A stretch of DNA of 64,000 bases from a virus. Position 1 is the first letter of the stretch. Each line of letters starts with the position of its first letter. The notes below the pieces were generated by a model. It was not told the DNA's origin and ran no database searches. It worked only from the letters and a program-made list of their open reading frames with translations. Made by a program: the position numbers and the translations under genes. The DNA is taken from positions 96,001 to 160,000 of the IMG/VR virus record IMGVR_UViG_3300042465_009257; one strand, written 5' to 3'. Shown in pieces: positions 1-8,800 of the stretch.

Positions 1-1128
1 TCCAGTAATTATAAAAGAATTTACACCAGTAAAATAAACTTGTGTAGTTCGTGATGGGGCAGCTTTTGAAATACTAATTATAGTATCTACAAGATTATAT
101 TGGGTATTGAATGGTTCGTTTTCTGGATCTAAAAGGTTCGCAGTTCCAGTAATTTTTGGTGCAGAATAAATTAATCCACTTCCTCTTACATTCCCAGAAT
201 AATTTAGAATACCCGTGCCTGTCCCCGAAAGATTAGAAGTCGCAAAACTAGAAGCCGTCTCTAATTCTAAAGTCATCTTATTATCATAATTAGAATAATA
301 ATCAATTTCAAATTCTAAAGAGCTATTAGTTTGAACTAAATTAGATGGGCCGTAAAGACTTAAATAGATTCCTGAATCATATATGCCCGCAACGGTTGAC
401 GTTCCTGTCGTCGCAATTAGCGTCTTTGAAATACGACCAAATAAAGTATCAAATTCAACATTAACGGATTGATTGCTGAAAATATTATTCCCACTAATAA
501 TATAATGGACTCCACCAGATCCAGAAGCTTGGAAGCTTTTGACTGATCCATCTGACGCAGCAACAGAAACGCCTAATAATCCATAAGGAACGCTCTGAGA
601 AGGATAACCACTTAGACCTGATTGTATAAGATTTCCAGAAAATAAGTTTTCTCCAATTCCAATAAGATTAGAATATTCAGTGGGCGGGGCGAATCCATTA
701 ATTGATAAATCAAAATTTACATTTTCCGATCCTAGATTTTGAATAAAAAATCTATCAAATGGTTTTCCCGTATATCCAGAGTATAGATCCTCTGAAGAAA
801 TTAACCGTCCATTAAATTTCTGATAACTATAGTAATCCTCTGTTCCAAGATTAAAGATTAATTCCTTTTTTAATCCATAATCAAAGCGGTTCTCTCCGCT
901 CTGGTATGTGGTAATAAAACGGTCTTGATAATCAAATACTAGACCGCTTTTAAGAGTATATTGTGATCTTACTGTTCCGTCACTAGACTTAAGGCCGAAA
1001 ATAAGATTTTTTCCTGGCGAGTAAAGAGATAAAGAGTAATTAAAATCAAGATTATCTCCCAAGTAGTCAGGCGGAAGCTGCTGTTGGAATCGACGAGTTT
1101 TAGAGGTATTTCCTGAAACGGTAATCAT
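1..1128 (-). CDS. partial virion (tail-tip) protein, runs off the left edge
   Basis: ATG at 1126-1128 overlaps the TGA of the upstream gene (ATGA). It reads MITVSGNTSKTRRFQQQLPPDYLGD..., is S/T/G-rich like its neighbours, and is absent from the ORF track, consistent with no stop inside the window. Confidence 0.7.
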   Translation of the reverse strand, partial: MITVSGNTSKTRRFQQQLPPDYLGDNLDFNYSLSLYSPGKNLIFGLKSSDGTVRSQYTLKSGLVFDYQDRFITTYQSGENRFDYGLKKELIFNLGTEDYYSYQKFNGRLISSEDLYSGYTGKPFDRFFIQNLGSENVNFDLSINGFAPPTEYSNLIGIGENLFSGNLIQSGLSGYPSQSVPYGLLGVSVAASDGSVKSFQASGSGGVHYIISGNNIFSNQSVNVEFDTLFGRISKTLIATTGTSTVAGIYDSGIYLSLYGPSNLVQTNSSLEFEIDYYSNYDNKMTLELETASSFATSNLSGTGTGILNYSGNVRGSGLIYSAPKITGTANLLDPENEPFNTQYNLVDTIISISKAAPSRTTQVYFTGVNSFIITG

Positions 1129-3620
1129 GATTTTCTAAAATAGTTCTTTGCTTTGCCAAGAATAGCTGCATTTTTTTTAAAATTTTTCTCTAAAATAGAG
1201 TCAGATTTGCTTTGCGGAGGTAAGTTTGAAAAAGAAAGAGAAGATCGCAGCCCGCTCTCGCTGACATTAATAGTAAAACTTTGTAGTCCGTCTTTTGCCG
1301 AAAAAGCCACGTTCGGAATCCCTGAAATATCATACCTCTTTTCAATTCTTTCAATATTTGGAAACATTTTTTGGCGAGCATTAAATTTAAATAATAGTTG
1401 CCGAATTGCATTATCGCTGTAACCACAAGTATTTGTTCCAGATGACTCAAGAAATTCTATCAAATTTTGAGTAGCATCTTCAAAAACCAATTCAGTTGAA
1501 ATATCTTTATTTGATTCCGTTATAGAGTCCCCTAGAATTACTTCTTTTTTCTCTAAAACTATATTATAGTCACTTGTAGAGTTGTCACTATTAGCAATAA
1601 CTCGATATCCTCCATAATTAGATCCAAATCTTGCTCCAGCTTGACTTGGAAGATGAATTTGTAGATTTGATCCAGCCGTTTTTATTACAAAATATTGAGT
1701 TTCTGATGAAAGCAGGCCATAAGGAGTTATCGTACCATCCCTTTCAGATGAAAGGCCAGTATTTTTAGAATCCAACGGATTTCTATCAGATTGAGTTTCC
1801 CCTTTTGTTATTTCAAGATCTAGTTTTTCTGGTTTTGGATAAACTTCAAAAATGGTATAATCATCATTTTCCGCAAATATACTTGTTGCCTCTGATCCCG
1901 TAAGATTTGCTCCGTCAATGTCCTCTTTACCTAATTCTATCATTCGATAAGGTCGGACTGTGTTTAAAACCTTTTCCATTACAGTAGAATTACGAGCGGG
2001 TGACCAAAGACCAGTTCTCTTCATCATTAGAAATTTTCCATGAGCCTGTGTTGAAGTAATAACTCCAGGCTCACTTTCCTGAGAAGATTCAATTAAATCT
2101 TGTAGAAAATCACTTGATTTTTGAATATCTTCAGGAAGATCATTGATAAAAGGGAATTGAATATCAGAGCCATTAGAATAATAATCAACTGTTCCATCTG
2201 GAGCATCAAACGAGTATCTTGTTCCATCAGCAAAAGGTCTAATCCAGTATTGGCCAATAAAATTTTCAGCTAAAGATGTTTCGAGTTTTTCCAATTTCTC
2301 TTGAGCGTCTTTTTCCCAAGAGGCTACAATAAAAAAGCCTTTCTTCTTCTTAAATTTTAAACCATCTTCAGCCTTCTTCTTCCCTAAAAGTTTTTTATAA
2401 ATACCTAAATATATTTTATTTTGCGAATCTGCGCTTAAAACAATTGTTGGTTTCAAATTTCCCAAAGCTGGAATTGACTTCTTTTTAGGATTTTTTATCC
2501 AATCTTCAAAAGCCTTAGCATCAACAAGTCCTTCTTTTTCATAAAGAAAATATAAATCTCTCAGAATTCCTGAATAGTAAGAAAGAACAATTGCATCATA
2601 GAAGTTTTCTAGTGCCGTTTTCGAACTCTTAACGTGTGGGTCGTAATTCTTTTTTAAGTAAGTGTCGGCTGGAGATGGAGAAGTTATTCCATCTGGTCCT
2701 GGCCTTGGTTCGTCAGTAAGAAGATCGTAGAGAGTTATAGGTTTTAAGACAATCGTTCGCGATCCTGAAGAAGAACAAGAATAGCTCCTTTCTTCTCCAT
2801 CTGCTCCAAAATATACGACTTTAGCTTTTGCTGAATTATCTCGAATTGATTTTGTTTCCGTATAGTTTGTAACGTTAAATCCAGTATCTAGTCCCGCTAC
2901 ATTAATATTTATTCCACGAGATAAATCATAAAAATAAACAGAATTCGATTCCCAGTAAAATCCAATTCCAAAATCGCCGCACCAGTTTTGCAGAACCTCA
3001 CGAACAGTTCCCGTGTAACTTGCTCGATATTCAGAATTAATAGATTCTGGAAAACCTCCAAATTGAATTTTAGATGATAGGGCTGCTTTCAGTTCAGGAA
3101 AGGAATAATCTACCTGTAGAATCTTTAATAGACGCTCTTTATTACAGTCAAAATTCTGTCTTTGACCTGCACTATCATCGCAGGCTGGAGCACACGGATC
3201 AGTTGGGGTATTAGTTACATTTTGACAAGGGTCTACTTGAGTTCCAACCAAGACAATATCAGAGCTAAAATTACCTGTAACTGCACTAGTAAATCCGGCA
3301 CCATGAATTCCACGCAAACCAATTACTGTTTTATCAAGAACAATACTTGAATCAACGTAAGTAATATGAAGGAGTTTTCCTCCATTTGGTGCAGAAGTAG
3401 TGGTCGTTTCTACTACATAAGCATCAATACTACGAAAATTCCCAATCTTTATCTTAACTAATTGGGTAGAGTCTGTTGATGGAACATCATAATCTCCATC
3501 TTTATTCACGAAGCTTAATGAAATCTCTGACGCCTCTGCGCCACCATCACTATAGTCAATTGAATAAGGGTAGACATTTTGTCCATCAACCAGAGTATTT
3601 GGAATAGCAATAATATTCAT
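1125..3620 (-). CDS. tail-tip/baseplate hub-like protein
   Basis: 831 aa, downstream of the tape measure gene. Hub-like segment TVREVLQNWCGDFGIGFYWE...FYDL. Confidence 0.55.
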   Translation of the reverse strand: MNIIAIPNTLVDGQNVYPYSIDYSDGGAEASEISLSFVNKDGDYDVPSTDSTQLVKIKIGNFRSIDAYVVETTTTSAPNGGKLLHITYVDSSIVLDKTVIGLRGIHGAGFTSAVTGNFSSDIVLVGTQVDPCQNVTNTPTDPCAPACDDSAGQRQNFDCNKERLLKILQVDYSFPELKAALSSKIQFGGFPESINSEYRASYTGTVREVLQNWCGDFGIGFYWESNSVYFYDLSRGININVAGLDTGFNVTNYTETKSIRDNSAKAKVVYFGADGEERSYSCSSSGSRTIVLKPITLYDLLTDEPRPGPDGITSPSPADTYLKKNYDPHVKSSKTALENFYDAIVLSYYSGILRDLYFLYEKEGLVDAKAFEDWIKNPKKKSIPALGNLKPTIVLSADSQNKIYLGIYKKLLGKKKAEDGLKFKKKKGFFIVASWEKDAQEKLEKLETSLAENFIGQYWIRPFADGTRYSFDAPDGTVDYYSNGSDIQFPFINDLPEDIQKSSDFLQDLIESSQESEPGVITSTQAHGKFLMMKRTGLWSPARNSTVMEKVLNTVRPYRMIELGKEDIDGANLTGSEATSIFAENDDYTIFEVYPKPEKLDLEITKGETQSDRNPLDSKNTGLSSERDGTITPYGLLSSETQYFVIKTAGSNLQIHLPSQAGARFGSNYGGYRVIANSDNSTSDYNIVLEKKEVILGDSITESNKDISTELVFEDATQNLIEFLESSGTNTCGYSDNAIRQLLFKFNARQKMFPNIERIEKRYDISGIPNVAFSAKDGLQSFTINVSESGLRSSLSFSNLPPQSKSDSILEKNFKKNAAILGKAKNYFRKS

Positions 3621-3621
3621 T

Positions 3622-5205
3622 TTAAATCCAATTCTCGTCTATATTGTTAAAAATTCCAGAAGCAGAACTAGTAGCATATTGTTTATTATGATATAAATGA
3701 TAACGATGAGTTTCTAAAAAGCTACTTTCTTGTAACCGATAAAGTGGTTCAAAAGAAAAAATTCCTGTAGCAACAAATGCTGTTCCAGGCCAATAGTCTC
3801 CAGTAGCTTTGCTTGAATTCGCCAAAGCTACTAATTGAATCCCAGACACTTCATCATAAATAATAGTATCGCTTGAAGCCTCATTATAAGCGAGAACATC
3901 AATCCTTCCATCCACGACAGTAAAACCAGTAACTTGTAAACCATTTAAATAAATTGGAATTCCGGTAGAAGCGCCAGAACCGAAAAATGCCCCTAAGGTT
4001 GAATCGAATACGGCTTCTTTCCCGACTTGATCAAAAGATCCAGGGACAACCCCAAAAACAATTTGACTTGAGTTTGGCGCAACGACACCATTCATTTCGT
4101 ACCCAGCAAAATAACCAGTATTAGAGGTTTGGACGAAAGACTCGTCGAAAGTCAGAGTCCACAGATCATTGAACCTTAAGCCTTGATATACTTCAGAAAT
4201 GTCATAAGTGAAATACATCTCTTGCGGCTGATAAATTGAAATCTCGTTATCTAAAGGGCCTATCGTAAAATTGATATTAACTGCAAAGCCAGTTGGGAAT
4301 AAACCAGTTTCAGCAAAAGTAAATTCATCGGTACCTCCCATTTGGATTGAAGCGCCAGTTTGGCAAAATCCAAGCTGCGATAAACCATAATAATTTCTTG
4401 TTGTAAATCCTCCAGAATGACCTGAAAATGTAATTCGGCCTAAATAATCCAGTCCCTCTTGAAGATTTTCTCCAGAAACGTAGTTCTGATAAACTCCAGT
4501 AAAATAATCTTGTAAACCTGACTGCATTCCAGAAGTAAATCCAGTATTTGAAATAAACCATTCACTAGAAGTTACTTCATATGTCCCCCAAATATCTTCT
4601 ACTACTGTTAAATTTGAGAAACCTGAGAAAATAGTGAGGGCATTTTGAGGAGATACTTTCTCAGAAAGAAATAAAAGTTGATCGACTTCTCCGTAAAAAT
4701 TATTAATTCCTGAAACAGCAGGTGTATATCCTCCGAAACGATACCCCGTTCCATTTAAATTAGTTAAAGCGCTGACTACTGTATTCTGTGTTGAAGTAAT
4801 TCCTGAAGATGGAATATTATAATTTAGAACTGAAAATAGATTATCTGATTTCTGTAAACAGATCGTATTTTTGCCTCCTAAATTAATCTTATCGAATGTA
4901 TAGCAATCCCCGTTAGTTTTTAAGTAAGGAAAATTTCCAGCATCTAAGCCAAAATCAAAACCATTCGTTCCGCTGATATTAGAAAAAAGAGAAACTGCTT
5001 TGTTATTAAAGGTAGACTGTTCTTTTTTATATGTAAAGAAAAGACTGAAGTCGTTGTAATTCAAACCAGAAACTACTCTTGTCGTCGTATTCGCGGTAGA
5101 ATTCGTCATAAAATCCCCCAATCCCACCGAGGCGTTGTAATCCCATTGGTCTCGGACAATGCCCGTTCCTAATTGCGTTAGACCATAAAAATATTCTAGA
5201 CTCAT
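3622..5205 (-). CDS. virion tail protein with LamG-like N-terminal domain
   Basis: FYGEVDQLLFLSEKVS resembles the LamG C-terminal motif; lies in the tail-tip module. Confidence 0.5.
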   Translation of the reverse strand: MSLEYFYGLTQLGTGIVRDQWDYNASVGLGDFMTNSTANTTTRVVSGLNYNDFSLFFTYKKEQSTFNNKAVSLFSNISGTNGFDFGLDAGNFPYLKTNGDCYTFDKINLGGKNTICLQKSDNLFSVLNYNIPSSGITSTQNTVVSALTNLNGTGYRFGGYTPAVSGINNFYGEVDQLLFLSEKVSPQNALTIFSGFSNLTVVEDIWGTYEVTSSEWFISNTGFTSGMQSGLQDYFTGVYQNYVSGENLQEGLDYLGRITFSGHSGGFTTRNYYGLSQLGFCQTGASIQMGGTDEFTFAETGLFPTGFAVNINFTIGPLDNEISIYQPQEMYFTYDISEVYQGLRFNDLWTLTFDESFVQTSNTGYFAGYEMNGVVAPNSSQIVFGVVPGSFDQVGKEAVFDSTLGAFFGSGASTGIPIYLNGLQVTGFTVVDGRIDVLAYNEASSDTIIYDEVSGIQLVALANSSKATGDYWPGTAFVATGIFSFEPLYRLQESSFLETHRYHLYHNKQYATSSASGIFNNIDENWI

Positions 5206-5232
5206 TTTTTACCCGTCATCCTTACCATTATT

Positions 5233-5258
5233 ATACAGTTTCAAGGATAAAAAGGAAA
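5233..5258 (-). promoter_or_regulatory. late promoter variant (TTTCC-N16-TGTAT)
   Basis: Variant of the recurring motif, 27 nt upstream of the ATG at 5205. Confidence 0.55.
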
Positions 5259-5266
5259 TTAAATAA

Positions 5267-7156
5267 TCAATTATATTGGATGATAATTGCATTATAAACT
5301 ATTGCATTCCCATTATAAAGCAAGCCAGAGAAGTTCATGAACTCGCTTGCTATATATTTTGCATCAGCGCTCCAGCTAAAATTAAAGGAATAGAAGTCTC
5401 CATTTTTATCTTCTTCAATTTGACTATTGAGAAGAACCCTGTTTGACCCAGGGAAATATTTGAGCATAAGGAGATTAACTCTTGATTTAATTTCTCCTAT
5501 AGCAGATTCTTTAGAATAGCATTTTACCCTTTTTGCTGTTCCATTCATCGCAAACTGTTTGCGATTTTTAAATCCAAGATCTTGCACGCTATAATAACCC
5601 ATGCCATTTAAAATTGGCTCAGGCGCATACTTTTGAATTGATGGCGTAAAGTCCATCGTATATTTAAAAGCTTCAATTGCTGAACACTCAACTTCGACTT
5701 CAGCGCAATACTGAACCGAGAAAGAAATTTCTCCAGAAAAAGGATTATATGTAAGTGATTTGGAATTTGCGTTGGCATTTAAAGTTTCCCCATTTCCATA
5801 AATCGCCCATTTCTGTAAAACCCGCGCATCCCAATTTATGTTTTCAAAGAAAGTTTTAACTAGATCATAGCGAGTCCCTGGACATCCAGAGTCTGATTTC
5901 ACTTTTCCTGTATATTGGAAACAGGTTGGACCGCCTGATTTGCTAATAGAAACAGTTGAAGTATCTATGATATATGGAGAACTTTCCGCTTGGGAATTCC
6001 ATCCCATGTCAAAAGAAACTGTACCAAGATCTGGATTTTCAGTTATAGATAAGTTAACAATCGATGCCAAGATTAAAGTTCCGCCATTTGCGGTATATTC
6101 GCTTTGAGCAATTGCTTGGAAATCAATAGAGTCAAACGTTGTTTTGGCATTGACAATTTCATTTGCCGCCGCGTCAACCCGAGCAACTTGAATTTCGCCG
6201 GAAATATTAACGGTAGTCGTTCCTTCTGATTCGGAAACAGAAGTCGTATAAGTGATGATTCCGTATCCCGCGCCCGTGTATTCAGGATTATACAGCCAAG
6301 TTTCAACCATCCTAAATTCGCCAGTGAGACGATTGCAGAAGCTTTTTCTTGAAATCAGTGGATATTTGCGATTTTTAGAATCGACTAATAAAGGAGTTGT
6401 GTCATTATCTAATAAAAGGAATGTTTCTACTCCTCCGTCCATAAATAAGAAAACATCGTCTGCCCCATCTGATTGAGAAAATACGAAATCTCTTGCTTTT
6501 TCAAATGCTTGATTTCCAACCCCACGAGCCGAAACAGTATGGGTGATTGTAACTGTAGAATCTGCTGTCTCGTCAGTAGTCCACTGGTTTACTGGATCAA
6601 GAATATTTGAATCATTATAAGAGGCAATACAGTCGATGACAATCTCATATCGGTAAAATCCAGAGAAATTAGATTCTGGGAAAGAGATTGAAATAATCTT
6701 TGCGGCAGAATGATAAAAGATCTGATTAGAGTCTTCTAGAATTTCAAAAGTCTTAAACTGCTGAGAGAAATAATATTTGAGTAAATCAAAATCATTTTTA
6801 TAATCTAAGAAGGATGCGTTACAAGAAGACCCTTTTACCTCAAAAGGAGAATAAGTTGAACTTCCATCAGGTCGAAAAATTGAGGAGACCCCATCTGAAC
6901 GTATGTAAATAGAACCGCTTTCAGGAGATAGCTCTGTTCCAAAAAAAGAATCTCCATCTGAGTCGGCAATCAAGCTTCCGTCTGAATCAATAATAGAAAA
7001 AAATGCAGCATTCGGGCGAGGGCGAGTTCCAGAAAGAGTCAGCCGAGTGACTCCAGAAATATATCCATTAACCTCCTGCCGATTAAATTCGCGTGAAACG
7101 AAAGGAGTCCGAGTTCCGAATGGATTAACTCCATTATATTTAATTTCAATAGCCAT
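5267..7156 (-). CDS. tail-tip/distal tail structural protein carrying short hairpin peptide inserts
   Basis: Beta-rich 629 aa, second gene after tape measure, similar in style to 7156..8799. Confidence 0.5.
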   Translation of the reverse strand: MAIEIKYNGVNPFGTRTPFVSREFNRQEVNGYISGVTRLTLSGTRPRPNAAFFSIIDSDGSLIADSDGDSFFGTELSPESGSIYIRSDGVSSIFRPDGSSTYSPFEVKGSSCNASFLDYKNDFDLLKYYFSQQFKTFEILEDSNQIFYHSAAKIISISFPESNFSGFYRYEIVIDCIASYNDSNILDPVNQWTTDETADSTVTITHTVSARGVGNQAFEKARDFVFSQSDGADDVFLFMDGGVETFLLLDNDTTPLLVDSKNRKYPLISRKSFCNRLTGEFRMVETWLYNPEYTGAGYGIITYTTSVSESEGTTTVNISGEIQVARVDAAANEIVNAKTTFDSIDFQAIAQSEYTANGGTLILASIVNLSITENPDLGTVSFDMGWNSQAESSPYIIDTSTVSISKSGGPTCFQYTGKVKSDSGCPGTRYDLVKTFFENINWDARVLQKWAIYGNGETLNANANSKSLTYNPFSGEISFSVQYCAEVEVECSAIEAFKYTMDFTPSIQKYAPEPILNGMGYYSVQDLGFKNRKQFAMNGTAKRVKCYSKESAIGEIKSRVNLLMLKYFPGSNRVLLNSQIEEDKNGDFYSFNFSWSADAKYIASEFMNFSGLLYNGNAIVYNAIIIQYN

Positions 7157-8799
7157 TATACTTTGTAGTCATTAAGTTGGCGATACTTCGAGTAAGTATA
7201 GTCGCGATTGAAAGAAAAAGAATAAGAGAAAGGATCAAAAGAAAATTTTTCATCTGAAATGAATGAAACGCCGCTGGGTACTCTAATTTCCTGAATGGCG
7301 CGGGCATAATAAGCAGGAATTATCACGCCTGGAGTTCCGATAATCTCTACCCGATTTGATAAAACTCCAAGAGTTGATTGATTTGATCCTTGAACCAATT
7401 CTTCACTATTAATAATAGTAAAATTATTTGCCAAATGAACTGGCTTGGTATCAGAATAAGTAGATTTTACTCTTCTAATAGTCCCAGATCCAATAAAAGA
7501 GGGATCGTCTGTAAAATTATAAGTATAATCAATCGATGGCGGGCGCTCAGTATATGATTTATCATTATTGGTTTCCACTAAAATTCCAGTATACCCAGTA
7601 GAGCAAACAGCGTTTTTAAAGAAACTGGATGAAGATGAGTATATTGAATTAACTCGACTCACAATTCCTGACTCAACACCAGACATTGCTAAAATTAAAA
7701 CCCCAATTTCCCCAGTAGTATATTTTTTACTTCTTAGGCCACCATTTTCAGATACTTCCGCCCATCCATCTTGGCTTTGTGAGATTTGATTTTCGTAGGA
7801 CCAGTAGTAGCCCGATTGATTTGATGGGTCATTAGAATAAGAATATCCATAAGAGACGCTTCCCTCAAAATAATTCTTAGAAACACTTTTTTCAATTGGA
7901 TCGTTTAGAAACTCACAAGTAGAATCATAAACGCCAGACCAACGGGAGTATACTCCTGAAATTCGATTAAAAATTCCAGTTTCAACTATAGCCCATCCCA
8001 AAAGAGCAGAATTAATTTTACTATCTTCAGCTATATTCCTACGAGTGGATATAATTTTCCCATTTTCCGCAACAGTAGAAACCCCATTTTCCGAATAAGT
8101 CAGATTATGACTATAGTCCCAATTATAAGGAAGTCCAGATTGATAAGAGTATGATTCGCCGTAGGAATAAGTCCCATTAATTTCGTCAAGAGATGATGAA
8201 CTTTGTTTGATTCCTTGACCACTGAAATATTGACCTGGTTGAATCGGATGGTAAATTCCAAAATCTGTTAGCGTCCCTAGAATCGTCGCTTGAATCCCAC
8301 TCGCTCCAGACAGAGTATTAGTGAAACCGCGCTCAAAATTAATATCCAGATTACGGCTAAAATCAACTGTTCGATTATGGTCTTGAGAGTAGTCAAAGGT
8401 TTCAGTAAAAGAGTTTAAATAAGGGAAAAAAGAAGTATTACCAGCATATCCAGAAAATAATTGACCCGTTAGAAAAGCTAAATCGCCAGTTTTAAGAATT
8501 TGAAAGCCGACATTATAAAGTTTATTAGAGATGTCCTGCCCGCCTTCAGAAGAAAAAGAGGTGATTTTTCCTGAGCCAAGATTAACTCCGTTTGCGTAAA
8601 TTTGAAAATAATCCCCTGTAATATAAGGAGTCAGTCCTGAAATTCCAGACCAAAGTGGCGCGGCGAGACCTAAGTAAGTTTTAAATCTGGCGCGGGCTGT
8701 ATAATCCTCGACATTACGGTAATTGATGGTATCTCCCCAGAAATCACATCTTTGGGAGAAACCAAGAACTTCGGCGCAATCTAGGAAAAAGTCAGGCAT
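7156..8799 (-). CDS. distal tail/baseplate protein
   Basis: Immediately downstream of tape measure; repeated Y-x-Y-x-Y beta strands. Confidence 0.5.
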   Translation of the reverse strand: MPDFFLDCAEVLGFSQRCDFWGDTINYRNVEDYTARARFKTYLGLAAPLWSGISGLTPYITGDYFQIYANGVNLGSGKITSFSSEGGQDISNKLYNVGFQILKTGDLAFLTGQLFSGYAGNTSFFPYLNSFTETFDYSQDHNRTVDFSRNLDINFERGFTNTLSGASGIQATILGTLTDFGIYHPIQPGQYFSGQGIKQSSSSLDEINGTYSYGESYSYQSGLPYNWDYSHNLTYSENGVSTVAENGKIISTRRNIAEDSKINSALLGWAIVETGIFNRISGVYSRWSGVYDSTCEFLNDPIEKSVSKNYFEGSVSYGYSYSNDPSNQSGYYWSYENQISQSQDGWAEVSENGGLRSKKYTTGEIGVLILAMSGVESGIVSRVNSIYSSSSSFFKNAVCSTGYTGILVETNNDKSYTERPPSIDYTYNFTDDPSFIGSGTIRRVKSTYSDTKPVHLANNFTIINSEELVQGSNQSTLGVLSNRVEIIGTPGVIIPAYYARAIQEIRVPSGVSFISDEKFSFDPFSYSFSFNRDYTYSKYRQLNDYKV

Positions 8800-8800
8800 A

